NCBI GenBank assembly: GCA_963821525.1
Contig: CAWGED010000005.1
Span: forward strand, 640,001-704,000
Direction: 5' to 3'
DNA length: 64,000 nt
From: an uncultured Gemmatimonadales bacterium
GTDB lineage: Bacteria; Gemmatimonadota; Gemmatimonadetes; Gemmatimonadales; GWC2-71-9
In this document: in pieces, positions 52,610-64,000 of the stretch
Position numbering within the stretch: position 1 is the first letter of the stretch
Layout: every line of letters starts with the position of its first letter
Program-made: the position numbers and the translations under genes
The notes under the pieces: model-generated
What the model was told of the DNA's origin: nothing
Database searches by the model: none
Seen by the model: the letters and a program-made list of their open reading frames with translations, nothing else

Positions 52610-53623
52610 TCAGGGTCGCGCGGCGCGCTCCAGTCGATCCTGGATTGCCGCCCACCGAGGTTCGCTCGGAGGACGCTCAACCAGGATCAAATCACATCCT
52701 TCATCATCCAGCCGGTGCAGCACCGAATAGAGGATGCGGGCGGACGCCAGTGGACTTGAGGGGAGGATAATGAGAGGGTCGCCCCCGTTCACCTCTTTGC
52801 TCCAGGCCATCACCCCTACCCGCTTCCCCTGCGCCTTGGCCTGCCGGATCTGGGCTTCAACGGCGCCTCGCTCGGCAGTCTCGAATAGCCGGAGCGGGGT
52901 TTTCGGGGCGTAGTGCCGGTCCAACATTCCGGGAGAAGGCAGGGCAGCATCCGGACCGGCCGTGGAGAAGGTCCTGAGCGGGCCCACGACCTCTGCCAAT
53001 TGCTCAGAAGAGATGACTCCGGGGCGAAGGAGAGTCGCGTTGTCTCCGCTCACATCCACGACGGTGGATTCGATTCCGATATCGGTAGGACCGGCATCGA
53101 GTATCAGGGGGACGCGGTCTCCCAGGCTCCGTGCGACGTGCTGCGCGGTGGTCGGCGAGACCTCGCCCGAGCGGTTGGCGCTCGGTGCGGCGATCGGCAG
53201 CTCCACGGCGGAGAGCAGGGCAAAGGTCACCGGATGATTGGGCACTCGGATCCCGACTGTAGGAAGGCCCGCGGTAACCAAATCAGGAACGTTGGCTGCC
53301 TTGGGAAGTACCAGCGTAAGCGGCCCAGGCCAGAACGTCCGCGCGAGACGTTCGGCGGACTCCGACCATCGTGGCGTGAGTGCTCGCGCCGCCTCGACGA
53401 GGGCGACATGCACGATGAGAGGATTGTGAGAGGGTCTCCCCTTCGCTTCGAAGATGCGACGGACCGCCGCTTCTTCGAGCGCATTGGCGCCGAGCCCGTA
53501 GACCGTTTCGGTGGGGAAGGCAACGAGCTCGCCGCGGCGTAAGAGGTCGGCCGCCTGGGAAATGGCCAGCGGATCCGGCGCCTTCGGATCAACCGCGATG
53601 ATGTTGCCGCCGCTATTCATCAT
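52610..53623 (-). CDS. tsaC: L-threonylcarbamoyladenylate synthase, Sua5 type
   Basis: FPTETVYGLGA, KGRPSHNPLIVH, APSANRSG, PGMLDRHYAP (SUA5 domain). Confidence 0.95.
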   Translation of the reverse strand: MMNSGGNIIAVDPKAPDPLAISQAADLLRRGELVAFPTETVYGLGANALEEAAVRRIFEAKGRPSHNPLIVHVALVEAARALTPRWSESAERLARTFWPGPLTLVLPKAANVPDLVTAGLPTVGIRVPNHPVTFALLSAVELPIAAPSANRSGEVSPTTAQHVARSLGDRVPLILDAGPTDIGIESTVVDVSGDNATLLRPGVISSEQLAEVVGPLRTFSTAGPDAALPSPGMLDRHYAPKTPLRLFETAERGAVEAQIRQAKAQGKRVGVMAWSKEVNGGDPLIILPSSPLASARILYSVLHRLDDEGCDLILVERPPSEPRWAAIQDRLERAARP

Positions 53624-54053
53624 GACTGGGCGGACGCCGCTGGCGCTTGGTTTCTCCCCGTTGCCGTTTGCCTTGGAGGCGCTGCTCCTTCGAGGCCTTG
53701 GTCGGACGGGTCCGCTTCCGTGGCTTGACCTCCCTCAGCGCGGCGGCCAGGACGCTGCGAAACCGCTCGATCACTTCGGCGCGATTCTGCGCCTGGCTTC
53801 GGCTGCCGCTGGAGACGAGACGCAGAAGGCGGCCCTCGTCAACCAAACGAGAGGCAAGCCGGCTCGCAGCTCTGGCGCGAGACTCGTCGTCGAGACTGGG
53901 ACTCGCTGCCAGATCCCACCAAAGCTCGATTCTGGTCGAGCTGGTGTTCACGTGCTGTCCCCCCGGCCCTCCGGAGCGCGAGGCGCTGAAGGACAGCTCG
54001 CTTAGGGGGATGCTGACTCGATCGTTGATTTCCAGCTGCTGTGGTTGGGTCAT
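53613..54053 (-). CDS. arfB: Alternative ribosome rescue factor ArfB (YaeJ)
   Basis: RSGGPGGQHVN, RSQAQNR, basic tail RKRTRPT. Confidence 0.95.
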   Translation of the reverse strand: MTQPQQLEINDRVSIPLSELSFSASRSGGPGGQHVNTSSTRIELWWDLAASPSLDDESRARAASRLASRLVDEGRLLRLVSSGSRSQAQNRAEVIERFRSVLAAALREVKPRKRTRPTKASKEQRLQGKRQRGETKRQRRPPSHDE

Positions 54054-54185
54054 GTCAGCCGTCAGCCGTTAGCCGTCAGCCATCAGCGAGAAGCCATAAG
54101 CCGTAAGCCGTAAGCCTTAAGCTTAAGGCCTACGGCTTAAGGCTTATAGCTGACGGCTGATGGCTGATGGCTGACGGCTTATGGC
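54054..54185. repeat. About 130-bp near-palindrome of two nested heptamer arrays: (GTCAGCC)n[(TAAGCCG)n | (CGGCTTA)n](GGCTGAC/T)n
   Basis: Centre is the perfect loopless palindrome GCCTTAAGCTTAAGGC (54114-54129). Confidence 0.92.
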
Positions 54186-54217
54186 GTCTTCCCCGTCAAC
54201 CCTAGTACGTTACCGCC

Positions 54218-55027
54218 ATGGTGGATCTCTCGTCGCTGACCAGTCATTTCCAGAGTCTGGGCCGAGTGCTGCTGGGGTACTCGGGGGGTGTCGACTCGGC
54301 ACTGCTTGCGGTGGCCGGTGCGCGTGCGGTGGGGCCGGACCGCTTCCTCGCCGTGATCGGTCGGAGCCCGTCCTATCCCGCCGTGCAGTACGCCGCCGCG
54401 ATTCGAGTCGCTCGAGAGTTCGAAGTGCCGCTCCTCGAGGTCGCGACCGACGAGATGGAAGATCCCGAATACGTCGCCAACCCGACCAATCGCTGCTACT
54501 TCTGCAAACAGGAGCTGTGGGGCCGGCTCCGGGTGATTGCGACCACCCGTGGCTTCGACACGATTATCGATGGGACCAACGCCGACGACCTCGGAGAGCA
54601 TCGTCCTGGCATGGGCGCGGCTCGCGAGCATGAGATCCGCTCACCGCTGGCGGAGCTTGGTTGGTCGAAGCCGATGATTCGTGAAGCCGCGCAGACGTTG
54701 GGCATTCCGGTGTGGGATGCTCCCGCCGCCCCCTGCCTCTCCAGTCGGGTGATGTACGGATTGCCGGTGACCGTCGAACGGTTACGCCAGGTCGAAGCCG
54801 GTGAGGCGCTGCTTCGGGAGATCGGGGTATCGGGCGACCTGCGGGCCCGCCATCATGGCGATCACGTCCGAATCGAGGTGCATCCGGAACAAATCCCCCT
54901 GGTTGAGCGTAGCTGGCCTCGAGTCCTCTCGGGCTTCCAGGCGCTCGGCATCGCCGATGTGCGGTTGGATCCGAGAGGCTACCGCCGTGGCGGGTTGCTG
55001 ACCGAACTGCCGGTGCTGAGCGGATGA
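54218..55027 (+). CDS. larE: ATP-dependent sulfur transferase LarE
   Basis: PP-loop SGGVDS, NRCYFCK, DGTNADD..HRPG, APCLSSR. Confidence 0.9.
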   Translation: MVDLSSLTSHFQSLGRVLLGYSGGVDSALLAVAGARAVGPDRFLAVIGRSPSYPAVQYAAAIRVAREFEVPLLEVATDEMEDPEYVANPTNRCYFCKQELWGRLRVIATTRGFDTIIDGTNADDLGEHRPGMGAAREHEIRSPLAELGWSKPMIREAAQTLGIPVWDAPAAPCLSSRVMYGLPVTVERLRQVEAGEALLREIGVSGDLRARHHGDHVRIEVHPEQIPLVERSWPRVLSGFQALGIADVRLDPRGYRRGGLLTELPVLSG

Positions 55028-55579
55028 GGCTGTTTGTGGCGCTCCCAGTTCCTCGTGCAGCGCAGCAGGCGATCGGAGATCTGATCAAGGACTTCGCAGT
55101 GCCCGAATCGCCGGTGCGCTGGGTGCGAGAGGAGGGGTTGCACCTCACCCTCAAGTTTTTCGGCGAGGTTGAGGAGTCGAGAGTCTCCGAGATCTCAACC
55201 GCACTGGGTCGCACCACGGCCGGCATGTCGCCACTCACGGTGACGGCAAACGAGGTGAACGGTTTCCCCGCGCTGGAACGGGCCCGGGTGTTCTGGATCG
55301 GACTCGACGCTCCACCCGCTCTCGAACTGCTCGCCCATCGAGTGGAGCAGGAATGCGAGGCGCTGGGATTTCCCGGCGAGGCGAGAGTCTTTCATCCCCA
55401 CGTTACCCTTGGCCGAGTCAAGGACGGAGCCCGTCTCGACCGCTTTTCCCTCAGGCGACTCGCCACAACTCCGCCCTTCAATTCCCTTCGTGCTCGACGC
55501 GATGGTTCTGTTTGCCAGCCGGCTTGGGCCGGGAGGCGCGGTTCACACTCCGCTGGCGAACTTTCCCCTGTCCCACTAG
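55024..55579 (+). CDS. thpR: RNA 2',3'-cyclic phosphodiesterase (2H family; indel near 3' end)
   Basis: MRLFVAL, HLTLKF, PHVTLGR. Confidence 0.9.
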
Positions 55580-55585
55580 GCCACC

Positions 55586-56215
55586 GTGCGATTCCTGTTT
55601 CGCATTCTCGGAATTCTGATTCTTGCCGCGCTGGTGAGCGCAGCCTGGCTCTTCCGCTCAGACCTCATGAGAATTGCTCGGCCGGAGGCGCAGACCGAGG
55701 AGTCGGACGGGATGGGCGTTGCCCGTCCCAGCGCCAAGGCGCTGGCCAAGGCCCGGGACCGAGTCGATTCTTTGCATGGCTGGAAGGCCGATTCGGTCAT
55801 CCTGAGCCCGGGCGAGCTTGCTTCGCTCGTGACCGCGGGACTGCCTGCCGAGGCCCGCTCCCATATCGACAGCCTCGGCGTCACCCTCGGCGAGAATCGT
55901 CTCGAGCTGCACGGCCGGCTCGACACCAAGGTCCTCCCGAAGGACCAACTGGGTCCCTTCGCCAGCATGCTGAATCCGTGGGAGCCGGTAGCCGCGGCCG
56001 GACCCGTCTCCGTGCCCAAGCCGGGATTTGCCGACTGGACCGTCGAACAAATCACCATCAGGGGAATTACGCTTCCTCAGTCGATTTCGCAGAACATCGC
56101 CCAGCGGATATTCGCCACACGTGATAGCCGGATTCGAATACCTTTACCGGCGGGCATCGGCGGTCTCAGGATCCAGCCTGACAAGGCCATCCTCTACCCG
56201 GCGCAGAAGCAATGA
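55586..56215 (+). CDS. Hypothetical membrane-anchored protein
   Basis: N-terminal TM helix; clean 209-aa ORF within the operon. Confidence 0.75.
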   Translation: MRFLFRILGILILAALVSAAWLFRSDLMRIARPEAQTEESDGMGVARPSAKALAKARDRVDSLHGWKADSVILSPGELASLVTAGLPAEARSHIDSLGVTLGENRLELHGRLDTKVLPKDQLGPFASMLNPWEPVAAAGPVSVPKPGFADWTVEQITIRGITLPQSISQNIAQRIFATRDSRIRIPLPAGIGGLRIQPDKAILYPAQKQ

Positions 56216-57586
56216 CCCAGCGCATTCTGGTGATTGACGACGAACCCGGTATCCGCGAGGCCCTGAAACAGGTCCTGGAGTACGAGGGCCACACGGTCGC
56301 GTAGCGCGGGCTCCGGCGGCGAGGCAATCACGGTCTACCCCGAGTTCCGCCCCCACCTGGTGTTTCTCGACGTAAAAATGGCGGGACTCGACGGGCTGGA
56401 GACCCTGACCCGGCTCCGCGAGCTGGATCCCGGCGCGACGGTCGTGATGATCTCGGGCCACGGGACCATCTCGACCGCGGTGCAGGCGACCCAGCGTGGC
56501 GCCTTCGATTTCCTCGAGAAACCGCTCGATACCGACCGTTTGCTGGTGACGGTGCGCAACGCGCTCGACCAGTCCGCCCTCGCGGGGGAGAATCGCCGCC
56601 TGCGCGGAGCGGAGGACGCCCGCCATGCAATGGTCGGAGACAGTCCCTCCCTCAAGGAGGTGCGTGCCCTGATCGATCGGGTCGGCCCGACACCCGCGCG
56701 GGTTCTCATCACCGGAGAAAACGGAACCGGCAAGGAGCTGGTCGCCCGGGCGATCCATGAAGCCTCACCGCGGAAGCGAAAGGCCTTCGTCGAGGTGAAC
56801 TGCGCCGCGATTCCTTCGGAGTTGATCGAAAGCGAGCTCTTCGGCCATATGAAGGGCTCCTTCACCGGCGCCGTTACCGACAGGGAAGGGAAGTTCGAGC
56901 TGGCGGATGAAGGCACCCTCTTCCTGGACGAGATCGGAGACATGGCTCTCGTCGGCCCAGGCCAAGGTGCTGCGGGCGCTGCAGGAAGGGATCGTCACCC
57001 GGATCGGCGGGTCCAAGTCGATCGAGGTGGACGTTCGGGTCATCGCCGCGACCAACAAGGATCTCGCCGAGGAAATTGCCGCGGGCCGCTTCCGCGACGA
57101 TCTGTTTTATCGGCTCAACGTGGTCCCCATTCGCGTCCCACCGCTGGCGCGACGCGCCGGGAAGACATTCCGGCGCTGGTGCAGCATTTCGCCCAACAGC
57201 TCGCGGCGAACGGAGGCGTGCCAGGTCGCCGCTTCGAGGAGACCGCGGTCCAGCGGCTCCAGACACGGCAATGGCCCGGCAACGTGCGCGAGCTGCGCAA
57301 TGCGGTGGAGCGACTGCTGATCCTGGCGCCGGGCAAGACGGTGACTGCGGCCGATGTGAGCCGTCTGCTGGGCGACACCACGGTCAGCGAAGTGGTCGAA
57401 GCGGCGGGTGCGCCTCCGGACGGTACCTTCGAGGCCTTCAAGCACGAGGCGGAGCGGTCGTTCCTCGCCAGCAAACTTCGCGAGCACGACTGGAACGTGT
57501 CGGAGACCGCGCGTTCGCTCGAAATGCCGCGCTCCAATCTCTACAAGAAGATCGAGCGCTACGGGCTGAGCCGGGAGACTCCATGA
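56212..57586 (+). CDS. sigma54-dependent response regulator, NtrX-like (indels)
   Basis: [45 protein letters not shown]. Confidence 0.9.
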
Positions 57587-58011
57587 GCGACCAGCCCCGG
57601 GACTGGGACAAGGAGCTGGCGGCGATCGACAAGGCCATGACGCGCGGCCCGGCGCCGTCGGCCGGGGCGCCGGTCGGCGACCAAGGGTTCCCGCGTCGCC
57701 CGCGGCGGTGCCGCAAGCGCGCCGCGGTCGCCACCTGGCTCCGGGTCTTGCTGGGGTTGACCTTGGCCGGGGCGATGACCCAGTGGCCGTATGCCCATCA
57801 GTGTGGGGTCGGGCTCTATTTCTATCTGGCTGCGGCATTCACCGTGGTCGTGGCCGGAGTGTGGAGCGGCATCTCGTCCTGGTACCGCCGGCTCGGCTGG
57901 GCTCATACGCTCTCTCTGTTGGTCGTGCTATGGGGCATCTTCCTCGCGAGCCAGCAGATCCTGCCCCGCGTCGGCTACGCCAAGCACCTCGCCTACTGGG
58001 TCTGTTCCTGA
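57583..58011 (+). CDS. Hypothetical membrane protein
   Basis: [16 protein letters not shown]; 3 TM helices; WPY..CG and ILPRVGYA..W-C segments; start overlaps the upstream stop. Confidence 0.7.
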   Translation: MSDQPRDWDKELAAIDKAMTRGPAPSAGAPVGDQGFPRRPRRCRKRAAVATWLRVLLGLTLAGAMTQWPYAHQCGVGLYFYLAAAFTVVVAGVWSGISSWYRRLGWAHTLSLLVVLWGIFLASQQILPRVGYAKHLAYWVCS

Positions 58012-58020
58012 CCTTCCCGA

Positions 58021-59558
58021 ATGCCAACCACATTTAAGAACTTCATTGGCGGGAAATGGGTGCCGCCGCTTTCCGGGACGCATTTCGAGAACCGGAACCC
58101 GCGGACACTTCCGATCTCATCGGCCGGTTTCCCGATTCGGGTCCGGAAGACGTCGCCGCCGCGGTGCGTTCCGCCCGTCGCGGATTCGAGGCGTGGAGGG
58201 CCGTGCCGCCTCCAGCGAGGGGCGATCTGCTGCGCGGGCTGGGCGACCTGCTCGCCGGGAAGAAGGAAGAGCTTGCCGCCGGCATGACTCGCGAGATGGG
58301 CAAGGTGCTGTCGGAAACCCGGGGCGACGTGCAGGAAGGGATCGACACGGCCTACTACGCCGCCGGTGAGGGGCGTCGCCTCTTCGGACGGACCGTCCCC
58401 TCCGAGCTGCGCAGCAAGTGGGCCATGAGCTATCGCCGGCCGATCGGTATCGCGGGCCTGGTCACGCCATTCAATTTTCCGATGGCGATCCCCACCTGGA
58501 AAATGTTTCCCGCGTTGCTGTGTGGAAACAGCGTGGTGCTGAAGCCCTCGGAAGACGTCCCTCACAGTGCACACCGCTTAGTCGAGCTCCCCCTCGAGGC
58601 GGGGTTCCCGCCCGAAGTGATCCAGCTGGTGCACGGACGTGGCGAAGTCGCGGGTCGGGCGCTGGTGGAGCATCCCGACGTTCCGCTCATCTCCTTCACC
58701 GGTTCCACTGCGACCGGCTCGACCATCGCCGAGGCCGGCGGGCGGATGCACAAGCGAGTCTCGCTGGAAATGGGCGGCAAGAACGCGATGATCGTGATGG
58801 ACGACGCCGACCTCGACCTGGCGCTCGAGGGCGTGCTCTGGGGTGCCTTCGGCACGACCGGGCAACGGTGCACCGCAACCAGCCGTCTTATCCTGCACCG
58901 GAAGATTCACGACCGGTTCGTTGCGAATCTTGTCTCGGCGGCTGGAGCGCTGCGACTGGGGGATGGCCGCAAGCGGGGGACGGAAGTCGGCCCCCTGATT
59001 CACGAGGCTTCGCGGGACAAGGTCGAGCGCTACGTCGCAATCGGCCTCGAAGAGGGCGCCGAGCTTGTCCAGGGCGGCTCGCGGCCGCGGGGTGCGAGGC
59101 TAAATCGTGGTTGGTTCTACCAGCCGACCGTGTTCACCGGGGTAAAGCCAGGCAGCCGGCTGGAGCAGGAAGAAATTTTCGGGCCGGTGCTGGCTGTCAT
59201 CCGGGTCGGCTCTCTGGACGAGGCGATCCAGATCAACAACGGGGTGCGGTACGGGCTGTCCAGCTCGATCTACACCCGCAATGTGAACGCCGCATTCCGG
59301 GCACTCCAGGAACTGGACAACGGAATCACCTATGTGAACGCACCCACGATCGGAGCAGAGGCCCACCTGCCGTTCGGAGGCGTCAAGCAGACCGGCAATG
59401 GCCATCGCGAAGGAGGCTGGGAGGTGTTCGAGTTCTACTCCGAGACCAAGGTCGGCTATGCGGATTTTTCCGGTACACTGCAGCGCGCGCAGATCGACAA
59501 CTATGAAGATCTGAATATGCGGTCTGCCCCGCTTGCGCCTCCGATAGCGCGGGGCTAA
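58021..59558 (+). CDS. Aldehyde dehydrogenase family protein (indel near 5' end)
   Basis: [35 protein letters not shown]. Confidence 0.93.
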
Positions 59559-59561
59559 GGT
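59533..59561 (+). promoter_or_regulatory. Probable sigma70 promoter for the sigma factor gene
   Basis: TTGCGC-N17-TAAGGT. Confidence 0.5.
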
Positions 59562-59604
59562 TCTCAAGTCATCCCTCCCTCTGCCCGCCCCGAGGTCGAG
59601 TCTG

Positions 59605-60477
59605 ATGCGCCCAATGCGAGTCGGCACCGGCAAGCGAGGCCACTCATTCGATGAAGGTTCGCTGGACCAGTATCTCCGGGAGATCAGCCAGTACCCGCTG
59701 ATCCCGCAGGAGGAAGAGGTCACGCTCGCCCAGCGAATCCGCATCGGGGACGAGGAGGCGCTCGACAAGCTGGTCCGCAGCAATCTCCGCTTCGTGGTCT
59801 CGGTCGCCAAGAAATACCAGAATCAGGGCGTCTCCCTCGCCGACCTCATCAACGAGGGCAACCTCGGCCTGATCCGCGCGGCGCACAAGTTCGACGAGAC
59901 CAAGGGCATCAAGTTCATTTCCTACGCCGTCTGGTGGATCCGGCAGGCCATTCTGCAGGCCCTGGCCGAGCAGAGCCGGATCGTGCGGGTTCCGCTCAAC
60001 CGGGCCGGCACCCTGCATCGAATCGGCAAGCGGTCCTCCGCACTGCTCCAGGAGCTGGGCCGGGAGCCCACCCCGTCCGAGATCGCCGAGGGAATGGACA
60101 TCTCGATGGAGGAGGTGCAGAAAACCCTCTCCATCTCCCAGAATCACCTGTCCCTCGACGCGCCGCTCACTCCGGGCGAAGACAACAAGCTGCTCGACTA
60201 TCTCCCCGACACCCAGAATCCGGGCCCCGATGCCGACACCTTCGAGCACGCCCTGAGCGAATCGATCGAGGAGGTGCTGGGCACTCTGAAGGAACGGGAG
60301 GCCAAGATCCTGCGGCTCTACTTCGGCCTCGATGGCCCCGAGCCGATGACCCTGGAGGAAATCGGCAGCCTGCTGGGCATCACCCGTGAACGGGTCCGGC
60401 AGATCAAGGAGAAGGCCCTTAGCCGGCTGCGGCACGTCAGCCGAGCGAGAGCGCTGGAGAGCTTCTTGGCCAAGTGA
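59605..60477 (+). CDS. RNA polymerase sigma70 factor, RpoD/SigA family (short; lacks region 1.1)
   Basis: LDQYLREI, NLRFVVSVAKKY, DLINEGNLGL, SYAVWWIRQ, TRERVRQI. Confidence 0.95.
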   Translation: MRPMRVGTGKRGHSFDEGSLDQYLREISQYPLIPQEEEVTLAQRIRIGDEEALDKLVRSNLRFVVSVAKKYQNQGVSLADLINEGNLGLIRAAHKFDETKGIKFISYAVWWIRQAILQALAEQSRIVRVPLNRAGTLHRIGKRSSALLQELGREPTPSEIAEGMDISMEEVQKTLSISQNHLSLDAPLTPGEDNKLLDYLPDTQNPGPDADTFEHALSESIEEVLGTLKEREAKILRLYFGLDGPEPMTLEEIGSLLGITRERVRQIKEKALSRLRHVSRARALESFLAK

Positions 60478-60535
60478 TGGCCGAATGGCGGAATCAGATG
60501 AACTCGCGCCATTGAAGAGCGTGATCGCTGCTTCT

Positions 60536-61642
60536 CTAGTGCTCTGATCGTCCTACTAGCCTCGCCAATCTGCCATTCCGCAAATCTGCAATTCCCATTC
60601 CCTCTCCCAACGCCTCCCGCAGCACCCTCTCCACCCCATCCCACTCTGTAAGAAACGCGTCGTGTCCGTAGGGTGAGTTGATCTCCCGATAACGGGCGTC
60701 GACTCCAGCCGCGGCGTAGGCTGCGACCCACTGCTCCACTTCGGCGGGGTAGTAGAGGATGTCGGTATCGATGCCGACGCCAATCAGCCGGTTGACCCGA
60801 AGCCGTGTCTCTTCGGCGGCAACGCCTGTGTCTCCCACATCATGGAGATCCATGCTCCGCATCAGGCTGACATAGCTGGCAGCGTCGAATCGCGCGACCA
60901 GCTTGTCCCCCTGGCGCCGCAGGTAATACTCCGCATCGAACTGTCCTGCCCGGCGAGTCTGCCGGCGCCCGAAGCGGGTTTCGAACTCGATCGCGCTCCG
61001 GTAGGTGATCATCGCGATTGCCCGGGCGGCGGCGAGACCGGCCGCCGGCCCTTCGCCCGGCGGGTAACGCCCTCCCTGCCAGCGGGGATCGGCTTCGATG
61101 GCGAGCCGCTGCGCGGCATTCCACCCAATGGCCTGGGCCGAAGTCCTCGCAGGCGCGGCAAAGACCACGACACTCTCGGTAGGCACCGTGGCCAGCCTGG
61201 CCCACTGGAGCGCCACCATGCCGCCCAGCGAACCACCGGTGGCCAGGGCGAGCCGGGTGATGCCCAACTCCTCGAGCAACTGGCCGTGGGCCCGGGCGAG
61301 GTCCCCCGTGGTGAGATCCGGAAAATGTTCCGCGCTCGGATCTCCCGGAGCCGGACCACTCGAGCCGTAGCAGCCACCAAGCAGATTGGCCGCGAGTATC
61401 GGGCGTCGGGCAGGATCCAGCGGCTTGCCCGGCTCGAGAAGCGGCTCCCACCACTGGTGTACTTCATGGCTTCCGGTCAACGCGTGGAACACGAGCACCC
61501 AACCTCGCTCGGCTCCCAGCTCAGGATCGCCATAGGTGCGGTAGCGCAGCCTGGCCTGGCGAATGACTCCGCCACGTTCGGTTCGGAAATCTCCCAGCTG
61601 AAGATCGCGGACTGGCGCGACGGGGGCAGGGGAAAGCGTCAT
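60536..61642 (-). CDS. metX: Homoserine O-acyltransferase MetX (in frame with the upstream beta-CA)
   Basis: [41 protein letters not shown]; own AAGGAG RBS before ATG 61642. Confidence 0.9.
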   Translation of the reverse strand: MTLSPAPVAPVRDLQLGDFRTERGGVIRQARLRYRTYGDPELGAERGWVLVFHALTGSHEVHQWWEPLLEPGKPLDPARRPILAANLLGGCYGSSGPAPGDPSAEHFPDLTTGDLARAHGQLLEELGITRLALATGGSLGGMVALQWARLATVPTESVVVFAAPARTSAQAIGWNAAQRLAIEADPRWQGGRYPPGEGPAAGLAAARAIAMITYRSAIEFETRFGRRQTRRAGQFDAEYYLRRQGDKLVARFDAASYVSLMRSMDLHDVGDTGVAAEETRLRVNRLIGVGIDTDILYYPAEVEQWVAAYAAAGVDARYREINSPYGHDAFLTEWDGVERVLREALGEGMGIADLRNGRLARLVGRSEH

Positions 61643-61691
61643 GCTCCTTCCGCCTTCCTCGACACGCCAGCCGCGGGACATCGTCCGGGCG

Positions 61692-62209
61692 TCACCGCGT
61701 GCTCCCCGCCGTTTCGGCGACATCACTTCCGAGAGTTGTCCGGTCTTCACGTCGTAGACGAATCCCCGGATCTCGGTATCGGGCGCAATGAGGGGACTCC
61801 TGCGCAGAAACTCGACGTCATCCCGGACGCTCTTGTGGAGGTCGGGGAAGGGGAGAAAGTCGATCCCACTCGCGTCCGAACCGAGGTCCTTCTCGACCTT
61901 CTTGTAAAGGTCGTCATTGGCGAAGGTGAGCATGCCGCACTCGGTGTGATGCACTACGGTGATCGCCGTGGTACCCAAGAGCCGCTGCGAGATCACAAGG
62001 GAGCGGATCGCATCCTGAGCTCTCCCGCCGGCATTCCGAATCACATGCGCATCACCTTCGGAGAGGCCGAACGCCGTGGCTGGGTCGAGCCTGGCATCCA
62101 TGCAGGTGACGATCGCGAGGTGCCGGGACGGGGGTAGGGGCAGCAGCACCGGGGCTCGCTCACCCGAGTAGCGCCGATTTTTCTTGAGGACTTCATCGAT
62201 CTCCGACAT
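61692..62209 (-). CDS. Beta-class carbonic anhydrase, Rv1284/clade-D-like (3' end uncertain; reads through into metX as assembled)
   Basis: Zn ligands TCMDARL and [37 protein letters not shown]. Confidence 0.9.
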
Positions 62210-62240
62210 GGCTAACCTCCCTGGAGCTCTCCGCTCCTTG

Positions 62241-64000
<1,760 letters not shown>

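Noticed and set aside
54054..54185. CRISPR array
   Set aside because: 7-bp units without unique spacers; no cas genes in the window
56300..56306. In-frame TAG in the NtrX-like gene (and at 40069 in comM) as stop-codon recoding
   Set aside because: The reading frame also shifts at these points, so they are indels rather than readthrough

Overview
High-GC bacterial chromosomal window, most consistent with Gemmatimonadota (inferred from gene content and order: ffs-dnaX-ybaB-recR-mglB-mglA-pgsA-cinA, bshB1-iscS-mnmA, tandem MacB-type permeases). Many genes, including essential ones (dnaX, pgsA, mnmA), carry 1-nt indels. These look like uncorrected long-read errors, so such genes are reported as stitched CDS with approximate ends. 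Content is mostly housekeeping: replication/repair, chaperones, ppk1, tRNA modification, two tripartite exporters, two sigma54 response regulators, a sigma70 factor and a methionine operon. No CRISPR, rRNA, tRNA, transposase or integrase was seen. Most notable: (1) a Rv1284/clade-D-like beta-carbonic anhydrase inside the metY-aspartokinase-metX operon, in frame with metX, which suggests a COS -> H2S -> homocysteine sulfur-scavenging route; (2) a window-wide family of long hairpins built from inverted 7-9-nt tandem repeats, often nested inside one another, at gene boundaries, around an ORFan and inside dnaX; (3) two sigma54 promoters sharing paired GACA-N3-TGTC boxes; (4) an SRP RNA with a non-GNRA apical loop; (5) a TolC with a large N-terminal periplasmic domain next to an internally deleted, possibly chimeric RND module.
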